Below are positions 8,280 to 15,184 of a stretch of DNA of 40,000 nt, one piece after another. Made by a program: the position numbers and the translations under genes. Source of the DNA: Nonomuraea sp. MG754425 (GTDB taxonomy: Bacteria; Actinomycetota; Actinomycetes; Streptosporangiales; Streptosporangiaceae). The stretch lies in NCBI RefSeq assembly GCF_021699195.1, contig NZ_SSXE01000005.1:38770-78769 (forward strand). Reading direction: 5' to 3'. A model generated the notes under the pieces. It was not told the origin of the DNA, ran no database searches, and was given only the letters and a program-made list of their open reading frames with translations. Position 1 is the first letter of the stretch. Each line of letters starts with the position of its first letter.

Positions 8280-9038
8280 ATGTCGAAGGTGTGCCAGGGT
8301 CCGTGCAATCGGGAAGCTCGCGCAGTGTGGGCCGTCTTCCTGCGGGAGCGGGAGGCGCACGCGGACGCGGTCGATCGGTGGCTGGCCGAGGGCGGCGAGG
8401 GGGAGCCGCCGCGCGAGCCCGTCATGCCGGTGGTGGAGTGGCGGCCGGGGGAGTCGCTGCACTGCGGCCGGTGCCGGGCGACGGCGCGGCGTGCGCTGCT
8501 GGTGGTGGACGAGTTGGCCGCGGCGTTGGCGGCGCGGCCGGGCGTGGTGAAGGCCCAGTCGAAGTGGTCAAGGGTGCGCGGCACCAGGCCGCACGGCAGC
8601 ATGTCGGGGGAGGCCGACGTCGTCCACACGGTGACGGGGGAGCTGCTCCGGCTGCGGCGAGACGTCGGCGAGCGCCTGGAGTTGGCCGACCAGGTGCCCG
8701 CCGGCCGGTCCGGGGTGGTGAGGTCTCGGTCGGTGACGTGGCTGGTGGACAAGCTCGACGCGGTGCTCGGCCTGGAGCAGTTGACCGTGGTGTCGGCGGT
8801 GCGCGATCCAGACGATCCGGTGGAGCTCGGCGTGGTCGAGTGGGCGCTCGCCTGGGAATCGAAGCTGCGGCGTCTGGTGGACGACGAGCCCGGCCACACG
8901 GTCGCGCGCTGCCCAGGCTGCGAGATGCGGAGCCTGGAGTGGAGGCAGCGGGCCGGCTACTACGTGTGCGAGAACTGCGGGCGCCACGTCAGCGAGGCGG
9001 ACGCGATGGACCTGGTGTCTGAGGAGGCGGGAGCGTGA
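8280..9038 (+). CDS. hypothetical protein with C-terminal Zn-ribbon (CPGC..CENC)
   Basis: ORF-track entry. High GC3. Four-Cys ribbon at the C-terminus. Confidence 0.7.
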   Translation: MSKVCQGPCNREARAVWAVFLREREAHADAVDRWLAEGGEGEPPREPVMPVVEWRPGESLHCGRCRATARRALLVVDELAAALAARPGVVKAQSKWSRVRGTRPHGSMSGEADVVHTVTGELLRLRRDVGERLELADQVPAGRSGVVRSRSVTWLVDKLDAVLGLEQLTVVSAVRDPDDPVELGVVEWALAWESKLRRLVDDEPGHTVARCPGCEMRSLEWRQRAGYYVCENCGRHVSEADAMDLVSEEAGA

Positions 9039-9147
9039 TCACATGGCCGCGCGGCAGTTATGACGGGCTTATGACGGTCCCATGGTTGCCTATCAGGACG
9101 AGGGAGACCTAGGCGCAACACATCCAAGGACGATGGGGAAGGCAAAC

Positions 9148-9594
9148 ATGAGATCGCTACTAAGGCTGGCGGCCACGGCTGCGCTTGTTGCCGCGGGCAC
9201 TGCTGGCATGGCCACGCCTGCCGAGGCCGTCTATGAGCCCTGGATTCCCGGAGAGTGGGGGACGCATGTTGCGACAACGCCCTACTTCAACGACGCGCGG
9301 AACTGCACCTGGGATCTGACGAATCGTGCCGCCCGAGCCTGCGCCACGAAGACTGCCGTCTACGTCGGCGACGGTGCGTCGGACAGTCGGTCCGCGGTGG
9401 GTGAGATGGTGGTCCACTGGCCTGGCTCCACCTCTAGGGTTGTGTGCCGCAACGGCGCCGGCTACGGCAAATGGGTCAAGTGCCCGATCGACGCAGACAG
9501 CGGTTACGTGCAGAAGATCGAGGTCGGCGCAGGAACGTACGGCAACGACGGCTACCACAACTTCAGGGCTCCAAGAGGGGTTTACCCGGCCTGA
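9148..9594 (+). CDS. secreted protein (signal peptide, 4 Cys), moron-like
   Basis: ATG 9148 after GGGGAAGG. Signal peptide MRSLLRLAATAALVAAGTAGMATPAEA with an AEA cleavage-like site. Confidence 0.75.
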   Translation: MRSLLRLAATAALVAAGTAGMATPAEAVYEPWIPGEWGTHVATTPYFNDARNCTWDLTNRAARACATKTAVYVGDGASDSRSAVGEMVVHWPGSTSRVVCRNGAGYGKWVKCPIDADSGYVQKIEVGAGTYGNDGYHNFRAPRGVYPA

Positions 9595-9810
9595 GTCGGG
9601 TGTGGAGATCGACGTCAACCTGTCGCCTCCTGGGCCAGCGGAACCCTCTCTGCGCGGTGGCGCGTCCTGATGGGTTCATGCGCGCCAGCCCTACTCCTTA
9701 CCCCACACCGTGACGGGGGAGTGCCGTACCGGTACCGGGAGTTCCGGCCGGAGTGGCGAGCGACCTGAACCGCTGGCGGGCCGCCCCTCCAGGGCGGCCC
9801 GCAGCTCTAG

Positions 9811-10020
9811 CGGACAGGAACTTGCGCTACTTCAGCAGGGGCCGCGCGAGAACCTCGCTACCCCATCAGCTATACGCAGGTTCAGCCGGACCTGGTGGTG
9901 GAAGTCCTGGTAGACACCGCCCTGGAGGGGCACCGCCACCGACACCCCGTGAGGTACCTCCGGTTTCCCACCGATCTTGACCCGGCAGATGTGGTGGCGC
10001 AGCACGACGGCGTGGTGTGA
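9811..10020 (+). pseudogene. 3'-terminal remnant of an ATP-dependent DNA ligase (LigC/LigD-type OB-fold end)
   Basis: Frame 1 reads ..QPDLVVEVLVDTALEGHRHRHPVRYLRFPTDLDPADV.. then stop. This resembles the conserved ligase C-terminus (VVEV..RFRHP..R.R.D..P). There is no start codon and no N-terminal domains. Upstream frames are broken. Confidence 0.5.
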
Positions 10021-10674
10021 TCAGCTAGCCCTCTGACTCCGAAGCGCGTCGTTGAAGCCTGTCAGGTAGGCGAAGTGATAGTCCGCCATGTCACTGAGCG
10101 TGCAACTGTCCATCAGATCGAAGTGCTCGGCCAACTCCCGCTCCTGCCGGGTCCGCCGACCGTCGAGATAGTCCTGACGACCTAGAGCGGTCATTTTTCG
10201 CTTGATTATGGACCGCTTCAACCTCCCGGCAGGCCATCTCTCTGCCTCGGTCCGGCCCTGCACGAAGGCCCTGTGACAGGCGTTCATGGTGGAAAAGGTC
10301 TTGTGGTCGATGATGCCGAGCATCACGGCTACCGATCCAATGTCACTCGGCAAATAGCACGGAGCCGTGGCGTTCTCGACTCCAGCCTCTCGTGCTGCCC
10401 TCAGCAGGTCTTCGTCTACCTCTTGGCGCACTCGTCCCCCCATGGTCGCTGCGACTGATCGTAGGAGGGGAGCGCCTGCTGACGCGCCCGCCACCTCGCG
10501 ATGATGGGTGCAAAGAGGCCACCTTTTGATCATCTGTTGCCGGAGACAAAGGGGCCATCTCGTTCCGAGGGCCACGAGGGCGACCTTGAGTACACGCTGC
10601 TCGGAGGATGGCCGCTCGCCCGCGACGAGGAGGCCGTCGAGGCGTTCCAGACAAAGGTCGCCAAGCACATCCAC
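10021..10674 (-). CDS. hypothetical protein (start uncertain), lower third-position GC than neighbours
   Basis: Only long frame on either strand here. GTG 10674 is the first start after hairpin 10693-10729. Alternative ATG starts at 10533 and 10443. Many A/T-ending codons suggest a foreign gene. Confidence 0.5.
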   Translation of the reverse strand: MDVLGDLCLERLDGLLVAGERPSSEQRVLKVALVALGTRWPLCLRQQMIKRWPLCTHHREVAGASAGAPLLRSVAATMGGRVRQEVDEDLLRAAREAGVENATAPCYLPSDIGSVAVMLGIIDHKTFSTMNACHRAFVQGRTEAERWPAGRLKRSIIKRKMTALGRQDYLDGRRTRQERELAEHFDLMDSCTLSDMADYHFAYLTGFNDALRSQRAS

Positions 10675-10692
10675 GCCTGACCCGGACGCGAG

Positions 10693-10729
10693 GAAGGCCC
10701 GCCGCGCTTCATCGCGCTGGCGGGCCTTC
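10693..10729 (-). terminator. hairpin GAAGGCCCGCC..GGCGGGCCTTC after the acidic micro-ORF
   Basis: 11-bp stem. Confidence 0.55.
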
Positions 10730-10742
10730 TGCGTGCTAAGGG

Positions 10743-10829
10743 CTACAGGTCGTTGGTCACCTCCTCGGCGTCCTCGGCCTCGGTCGTCTCCGGCTCCTCG
10801 TTCTCGGGGTCGAACGCGTAGTCGGTCAT
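10743..10829 (-). CDS. hyper-acidic micro-protein (28 aa, MTDYAFDPENEEPETTEAEDAEEVTNDL)
   Basis: Not in the ORF track (<60 aa). SD GAAAGGA lies 7 nt before the ATG. All 27 non-start codons end in G/C. Conserved CCTCGCGAAAG leader upstream. Hairpin terminator downstream. Confidence 0.55.
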   Translation of the reverse strand: MTDYAFDPENEEPETTEAEDAEEVTNDL

Positions 10830-10835
10830 GGTGGG

Positions 10836-10849
10836 TCCTTTCGCGAGGG
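10836..10849 (-). promoter_or_regulatory. conserved leader core CCCTCGCGAAAGGA upstream of the acidic micro-ORF
   Basis: Direct read. Shares CCTCGCGAAAG with three other leaders. Confidence 0.45.
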
Positions 10850-10882
10850 AAGAACTTGCTGGCTCTCACAGCATGGCGGTTC

Positions 10883-10900
10883 GTTGGCGGTTCCGCACAC
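10883..10900 (+). promoter_or_regulatory. palindrome-family copy 3 (left arm only) GTTGGCGGTTCCGCACAC
   Basis: Direct read. Lies in divergent control region 10830-11158. Confidence 0.6.
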
Positions 10901-10931
10901 GTTCTCCGAAGACTCGTCGCTGACCTCGAAC

Positions 10932-10949
10932 GTTGGCGGCACCGCCAAC
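10932..10949. promoter_or_regulatory. palindrome-family copy 4, perfect GTTGGCGGCACCGCCAAC
   Basis: Direct read. Perfect 8-2-8 inverted repeat (9-2-9 with the flanking C/G). Confidence 0.7.
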
Positions 10950-11158
10950 GGTTGCGCCCAATGGATCTTCTGTGTCACACTTCGTGCGGGCGGCACCCCT
11001 ATGCCCAAGCGGACCCCCTTGTGAGCTGGGCTTCAGCGGAACGCGGGACTGGACGCGTTTCTGCCGGTGCGTGTGCCGCCCCCACACTTCCCCATTCGGC
11101 CGATCGCGTTCGCGTCTCTCCGGCCATCTCAGCGGCTCAATTTCTCCACGGAAGCGGG

Positions 11159-11410
11159 GTGAACGTGACCACGCTTGCTCCCGTGACCGCCCGTCAGGCC
11201 GCCGAACGGCTGGAGCGTGAGCCGTGCACCATCCGTAAATGGGCGCAGCGCTACCAGGCGCGCGTTCTCGGCCGCGCCGGGCGGGAGACCGTGTTCGATT
11301 TCGCTGACCTGGCCACGATCGAGTGGTGCATCTGGGCCAGCCGTGAGGTCCCGGCCACGGCGGAGGACCGCGACGAGCTACGCGCCGCCCGCCGAGCAGC
11401 CACCGCGTGA
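11159..11410 (+). CDS. MerR/excisionase-family HTH DNA-binding protein
   Basis: GTG 11159 (or 11165) after GGAAG. TARQAAERLEREPCTIRKWAQR is a typical HTH_17/Xis-like helix-turn-helix. Confidence 0.7.
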   Translation: MNVTTLAPVTARQAAERLEREPCTIRKWAQRYQARVLGRAGRETVFDFADLATIEWCIWASREVPATAEDRDELRAARRAATA

Positions 11411-11506
11411 CTAGTTGCCCGGCTGTCCAGGCGCGATGGCCCTTGGCGTCGGTTACGGTTCCCACGGCACGACGGTCGTGCGCGGCACGTCGAGGTTTGC
11501 TCACCC

Positions 11507-11746
11507 TCACTCGCCCCTCGCGTACTCGAACAGGCCGGCGCGGCGGCCCGCGCGAAGGTAGTGCAGAGCGTCCACCGCGGACATCTCCTGGTCATGGGGT
11601 GTCAGCTCGTCGAACGTGTCCAGGTACGTGGCCTCGTGGGCAATCTGCTGGCGGGCGGCGGCCAGCTTGCGGGCGTCGTCGTACTCGGCCTGGTTGGCGA
11701 AGGGCCATCTGGGGCTCTTGACGCCGGGCTGCGAAGTGCCTTCCAT
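11507..11746 (-). CDS. hypothetical protein (79 aa; alternative starts 11755/11782)
   Basis: ORF-track 11507..11782. ATG 11746 has GGAG 9 nt upstream. Divergent from the HTH gene at 11809. Confidence 0.6.
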   Translation of the reverse strand: MEGTSQPGVKSPRWPFANQAEYDDARKLAAARQQIAHEATYLDTFDELTPHDQEMSAVDALHYLRAGRRAGLFEYARGE

Positions 11747-11808
11747 GTCGCTCATCTCCGGATCGTCCCACCGGCACCCCACCCCTCGCAGGCAGAAGGA
11801 GCACCCTC

Positions 11809-12042
11809 ATGCAGATCAAGCCCCGCGTCCGCATCGTCGGCGCCGAACGCCACCAACTCGCCCAGGTCCTCGCCGGCCGCTACGCGGCGGGCGAGTCGAT
11901 CCGCGAGCTCGCGGTGTCGGTCGGCCGCTCATACGGGTTCATCCATACGCTGCTGGAGGAGGCGGGCGCCGAGATCCGGCACCGCGGCGGCAACCAGCGC
12001 ACCCGCCCCACCGCCGCGTCGGCGGCCGAGGCCGGGAAGTGA
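11809..12042 (+). CDS. small HTH DNA-binding protein (actinobacterial 'IVGAER..SIRELA..GRSYGFIH' family)
   Basis: SD GAAGGAG 8 nt upstream. ESIRELAVSVGRSYGFIHTLLEEAG is a clear HTH. Confidence 0.8.
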   Translation: MQIKPRVRIVGAERHQLAQVLAGRYAAGESIRELAVSVGRSYGFIHTLLEEAGAEIRHRGGNQRTRPTAASAAEAGK

Positions 12043-12203
12043 CGGCCGCCGAGCACGCCGCTGTGAAGGCGGGGGAGATGCTGGACCAGGCCGCCGCTCA
12101 GCCCCTGAGCACCGAGTACGTTGCCAACTGCGGGGCTATCGCGGAAGCCTGGATGCGGCTGCACGCGGTGCTCGTCACCGGCACGTTCATGAACGGCCAC
12201 TGA
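12039..12203 (+). CDS. hypothetical protein (54 aa)
   Basis: GTG 12039 overlaps the upstream stop (GTGA). Tail of ORF 11616..12203. Confidence 0.5.
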   Translation: MTAAEHAAVKAGEMLDQAAAQPLSTEYVANCGAIAEAWMRLHAVLVTGTFMNGH

Positions 12204-12282
12204 TCGTGCAGGGTCCCCAGGACTTGTCCAGGCGGCGCACCACCGTGGGGAACCCTGCGCCACCACTCGGTGGGCGCCGCGA

Positions 12283-12417
12283 CTACTTCCGATGCGCCCA
12301 GAGCCACCGGATGATCACGTAGTGGCCGATGACCTGGGTGACCAGGAGGAACACGCCCTCGGCGATGGCGCGCACCTGAGGGAGCATGGAGGAGACGACG
12401 GTCAGGAGTTCAGACAT
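12283..12417 (-). CDS. small hydrophobic protein (44 aa, one TM)
   Basis: Internal ATG 12417 of ORF 12283..12543, preceded by GAGGTGGG. Sequence MSELLTVVSSMLPQVRAIAEGVFLLVTQVIGHYVIIRWLWAHRK. Confidence 0.5.
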   Translation of the reverse strand: MSELLTVVSSMLPQVRAIAEGVFLLVTQVIGHYVIIRWLWAHRK

Positions 12418-12668
12418 GGCAATCCCACCTCGCCGGACTCCACCGTGAGTCGAGTTCCTACTGCCCTGGCTCCGTACTGCGGGTCGCTCTGTCCTAGCGG
12501 GGCGGAACTCGTCGGTAGATCCGGTGATGCAGTCGCTGTCCAATGTGTCTGATACTCCTGAATGGGGCAGGGCCGGAGCCTACGCCGCCGCTGCCTCGCC
12601 CCCAGTCTGCACAACGATCCGCCGGGCACTGTCTTGGTCACCAGGAATGTCACCTCCAGGACACACAA

Positions 12669-12697
12669 GAGCCCGCCGACACAAGGTCGGCGGGCTC
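12669..12697 (-). terminator. hairpin GAGCCCGCCGAC-ACAAG-GTCGGCGGGCTC followed on the minus strand by TTGTGTGT
   Basis: 12-bp stem with a T-rich tail. Ends the minus-strand cassette. Confidence 0.7.
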
Positions 12698-12712
12698 CGA
12701 TGGTGCAGACGG

Positions 12713-12943
12713 CTATTTTGGCTGGTCGGTCAGCCAGTGGAGCGCTGTCTCGTAGACCTCGAACCGCGTCTCGGCGTCGGCCCCGTTGTCCACGATCGTC
12801 TTGCTGACCGTGGCGTTCGGATGACTCGCGCTGGGGAGCTTCACGTACGGCTTCGCGCCGGTCTTGATCACCTTGAACCCGCCCTCGGCCGCGTGCGCGC
12901 GCACGTCCTCCGGGGTGCGCAGGCGATGCAGCGTGCGCGTCAT
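12713..12943 (-). CDS. hypothetical protein (76 aa), last gene of minus-strand cassette
   Basis: High GC3. SD GGGGCGAGG. Followed by a terminator at 12669-12697. Confidence 0.7.
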   Translation of the reverse strand: MTRTLHRLRTPEDVRAHAAEGGFKVIKTGAKPYVKLPSASHPNATVSKTIVDNGADAETRFEVYETALHWLTDQPK

Positions 12944-12952
12944 CCTCGCCCC

Positions 12953-13333
12953 CTACCTGACCATCTCGACGCCGCGTGCCAGGCCCCACATGCGCAGGCC
13001 GAGCTCCTCCGGGTCATCGCCCTCCAGGTGTTCCCGGTCGCCGACCTGCCGGAACAGGCGAGCCACCTCCCTGGCCGCGCTGCGTGCGCTGCCCCGAGGG
13101 ATGTCCGCCAGGCCCGTGCTGGCCGGCTCGGTGTAGGTGACGTCGGAGTAGTGCAGCTCGACGGCGCGGGCGGCGACGCCGAAGCGCTCCTTCTGGCCAC
13201 AGTCGTTGCACGTGGCGGGCTGGCCGCCCCAGACAGCGCGGGTGAGCGCGGCATCGAGGCTGAGGTCGAGGTCGCCGAGCATGACGTCGGCCGCCCGCTC
13301 CAGCACGTAGGCGATGCACACGAAGCTGGCCAT
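12953..13333 (-). CDS. hypothetical protein (126 aa)
   Basis: Its ATG shares one nt with the upstream stop (TGATG). High GC3. Confidence 0.7.
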   Translation of the reverse strand: MASFVCIAYVLERAADVMLGDLDLSLDAALTRAVWGGQPATCNDCGQKERFGVAARAVELHYSDVTYTEPASTGLADIPRGSARSAAREVARLFRQVGDREHLEGDDPEELGLRMWGLARGVEMVR

Positions 13334-13698
13334 CAGCGGGCACCTCCCCTCTCCAGGCCCCTGCTGTAGATTGCGGACATGACCGGGTACGCCTGGTTGA
13401 GCGGGATCGTCACCTGGTGCGTGGTGGTGGTGTCGTACCGCACGCCGATCTTGACGCCGTCCTTCTCCACCGATACGTCGAGGTATGGACCCTCCTCGGC
13501 ATCGGAGGCCCAGATGGTGAGGGCCACGTGGGCGTCGGGCTCGGCCAGGAGGTCGATCAGCCTGACGACCGCGAGCGCGCTGATGCCGACTTGGTGGCCT
13601 GACACATCCAGCACGACCGCGCCCTGTGGAGCATCGGCCGGCGGGCTCGGCACGTCGAGGTACGTGCCGTCTGGGCTGTTGTAGGTGTGATCACTCAT
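13333..13698 (-). CDS. hypothetical protein (121 aa), paralog of 13794..14177
   Basis: Shares GTY.DV / DAP.G / V.VSG / H..LT blocks in the same order with the 127-aa neighbour. Confidence 0.75.
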   Translation of the reverse strand: MSDHTYNSPDGTYLDVPSPPADAPQGAVVLDVSGHQVGISALAVVRLIDLLAEPDAHVALTIWASDAEEGPYLDVSVEKDGVKIGVRYDTTTTHQVTIPLNQAYPVMSAIYSRGLERGGAR

Positions 13699-13801
13699 CG
13701 GTGGTCGCCTCCGGGTCGGTCCCGACGCAGGCGACCATCTGCTCCCAGGTGTGCTGGGTGTACAGCTTGCCGCAGTGGCAGAGGGTCAGGATGTCACTCA
13801 C
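13691..13801 (-). CDS. Cys-containing micro-protein (36 aa, VSDILTLCHCGKLYTQHTWEQMVACVGTDPEATTDE)
   Basis: Not in the ORF track. GTG preceded by GGAGG at 9 nt. 8-nt overlaps with both neighbours. GC3-rich. Confidence 0.5.
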   Translation of the reverse strand: MSDILTLCHCGKLYTQHTWEQMVACVGTDPEATTDE

Positions 13802-14177
13802 TTTCGGTGACCTCCTTGATGGCCGCCCGCACCCGGTCGGCCTGGTCGTGGGGGAGGACCACCGCCGCGTTGGCCCCGCAGGCCGGGAACCCGACCCTGA
13901 GCTCTAGGCCGTGCTCGTCGGAGGTCGCGGTCACCCACGCTTGGCCGTCCGGGTCATCGACCGTGAGTGTGAGCTGCCGGTGGTTGGCGTTCGGGCCGAG
14001 CATGCCGAGCAGCAGCCCGAGGTCGTGGGCCTCCAGCCCGAACACAAGGCCGGAGACGTTGACGATGACGCTGCCGGGCGGCGCGTCGGGGAGCGCGTCG
14101 AGCACGTCGAAGTACGTGCCGTTCGCGTCGATGTAGAGCGATGTGTACTTGAAGGGAGCCGTGGTGGTCTCAGGCAT
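13794..14177 (-). CDS. hypothetical protein (127 aa), paralog of 13333..13698
   Basis: ORF-track entry. Paralogy by eye. 8-nt overlap with the upstream micro-ORF. Confidence 0.75.
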   Translation of the reverse strand: MPETTTAPFKYTSLYIDANGTYFDVLDALPDAPPGSVIVNVSGLVFGLEAHDLGLLLGMLGPNANHRQLTLTVDDPDGQAWVTATSDEHGLELRVGFPACGANAAVVLPHDQADRVRAAIKEVTESE

Positions 14178-14304
14178 TCCACACCACCACGACGTCGGGG
14201 TGGGCCGGGCAGGCGCCCATGTCGGAGTGCAGGTGGTACGTGCCGGTCAGGGCGCACGCGGTGCGCGGGTCGGCCGCGCATTCGTAGACGCACAGGCAGT
14301 GCAT
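14170..14304 (-). CDS. Cys-rich micro-protein (44 aa, MHCLCVYECAADPRTACALTGTYHLHSDMGACPAHPDVVVVWNA)
   Basis: Not in the ORF track. ATG lies 7 nt after SD GAAAGGG within the conserved leader. GC3-rich. Confidence 0.55.
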   Translation of the reverse strand: MHCLCVYECAADPRTACALTGTYHLHSDMGACPAHPDVVVVWNA

Positions 14305-14368
14305 GGTGTATCCCTTTCGCGAGGAATTGGGGTCACCGTAGAACTGGCATCTGTCGTCTGTCGGGCAT
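14305..14368 (-). promoter_or_regulatory. promoter-leader cassette copy A (-35 CCGACA, 18-nt spacer, -10 TACGGT, leader AATTCCTCGCGAAAGGGATACACC-ATG)
   Basis: Blocks ATGCCCGACAG (14358-14368), TACGGT (14335-14340) and an 18-nt leader (14311-14328) are identical to copy B. Confidence 0.55.
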
Positions 14369-14392
14369 CTCGCGAAATTCGTCGAACACGCA

Positions 14393-14420
14393 GAAGCCCG
14401 CCGACGCCGCGGCGGGCTTC
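14393..14420 (-). terminator. hairpin GAAGCCCGCCG..CGGCGGGCTTC after the 62-aa gene
   Basis: 11-bp stem. Confidence 0.6.
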
Positions 14421-14437
14421 TGATGATGTGGCGCAGG

Positions 14438-14626
14438 TCAGCCCAGGACCGTCTTCCTGGCCAGGTCCTCCACCTCCTGCGTGAGCGCCCGCTCGTACGG
14501 CAGATGGGTGAACGTGCCGATTGGGTTGTCCTCGTGGAAGACCGTGTACTTCTCGGGGGAGCGCATGTCGTACGCCACGGTGTAGGAGTGGCCGCTCACC
14601 TCGAACGCGCTGATGTCGTGATGCAT
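14438..14626 (-). CDS. hypothetical protein (62 aa), monocistronic
   Basis: Same promoter-leader cassette as the 14304 operon. Own terminator at 14393-14420. Confidence 0.7.
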   Translation of the reverse strand: MHHDISAFEVSGHSYTVAYDMRSPEKYTVFHEDNPIGTFTHLPYERALTQEVEDLARKTVLG

Positions 14627-14693
14627 GGTGGTATCCCTTTCGCGAGGAATTTCGACGCCACCGTACGACCAACTCCTGCTCCCTGTCGGGCAT
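14627..14693 (-). promoter_or_regulatory. promoter-leader cassette copy B
   Basis: ATGCCCGACAG (14683-14693), TACGGT (14660-14665), leader (14634-14651). Same spacing as copy A. Confidence 0.55.
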
Positions 14694-14761
14694 CAGCTCG
14701 AAAACGCCGCTGGCGGCCGTCTCCGACGACCGCCAGCGCTAGGTGAGGGGCAGGAACCGCG

Positions 14762-14971
14762 TCAAAGACGCTGGGCCCACGGTGCGAGCACCATGGGGGC
14801 GAGGTCCGTGAGGTCGAAGCCGTTGAGCGCCAGGATGATCACGGCGGTCAGGGCGATGAGCCACGGCAGGGTGCGGATGAACGTCTGGAGGACGTCCGCG
14901 GGGATGGCCACGGTGAGCGTGGCCCGGTTGTCGGGCTTGTCCGGTGGGCCGGACGGCGCGTTCTTTGGCAC
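14762..14971 (-). CDS. small membrane protein (one TM; the longest ORF extends to 15016)
   Basis: GTG 14971 lies 6 nt after GAAGGAG. TM segment LPWLIALTAVIILAL. Confidence 0.55.
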   Translation of the reverse strand: MPKNAPSGPPDKPDNRATLTVAIPADVLQTFIRTLPWLIALTAVIILALNGFDLTDLAPMVLAPWAQRL

Positions 14972-15071
14972 CGGCACACTCCTTCGAGTTGGGGAACTGA
15001 AGTTGGCGCCGGGCACAGAAAGCGCTGGTCAGCCGTGTTTACCTCGGTTGTGTTGCACGGCTGACTTCCGA

Positions 15072-15106
15072 TAAGTAACATGTTCGTGAGTGTTAGCATG
15101 TACTTA
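15072..15106. repeat. AT-rich imperfect inverted repeat TAAGTAACATG..CATGTACTTA (candidate attP core region)
   Basis: Direct read. Lowest-GC stretch beside int. Confidence 0.35.
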
Positions 15107-15142
15107 GCGCTGCACCTCCTGGAGGCCCGGCGTAGTGCGTAA

Positions 15143-15184
15143 ACGATTCTGGACTCGCTGTCGCTAGCAGCGAGCCAGAATCGT
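15143..15184 (-). terminator. 17-bp-stem hairpin (one bulge) downstream of int
   Basis: ACGATTCTGGACTCGCTG-TCGCTAG-CAGCGAGCCAGAATCGT. Followed by TTTAC on the minus strand. Confidence 0.55.

Noticed and set aside
9710-9980. ORFs 9710-9913 and 9753-9980 (+).
   Set aside because: Low-complexity Arg/Pro/Gly frames overlapping the decayed ligase region. They are more likely remnants or shadow frames than genes.
10675-10869. N-terminal extension of the 282-aa minus-strand ORF (MRASKFFPRERTHHDRLRV...).
   Set aside because: It is Arg-rich and low-complexity. It runs through an 11-bp-stem hairpin (10693-10729). It is overlapped in another frame by the well-formed acidic micro-ORF, which has an SD and perfect GC3.
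12713-12943. Possible HicA-like toxin (GGFKVIKTGAKPYVKLPSASHP).
   Set aside because: Only a loose resemblance. The G-S-H catalytic context is absent and there is no HicB-like partner.
12953-13333. Possible WhiB-like protein because of the VWGG motif.
   Set aside because: The Cys spacing (one N-terminal Cys plus CNDC) and the order of motifs do not match the WhiB C-X(n)-C-X2-C-X5-C ... GVWGG layout.
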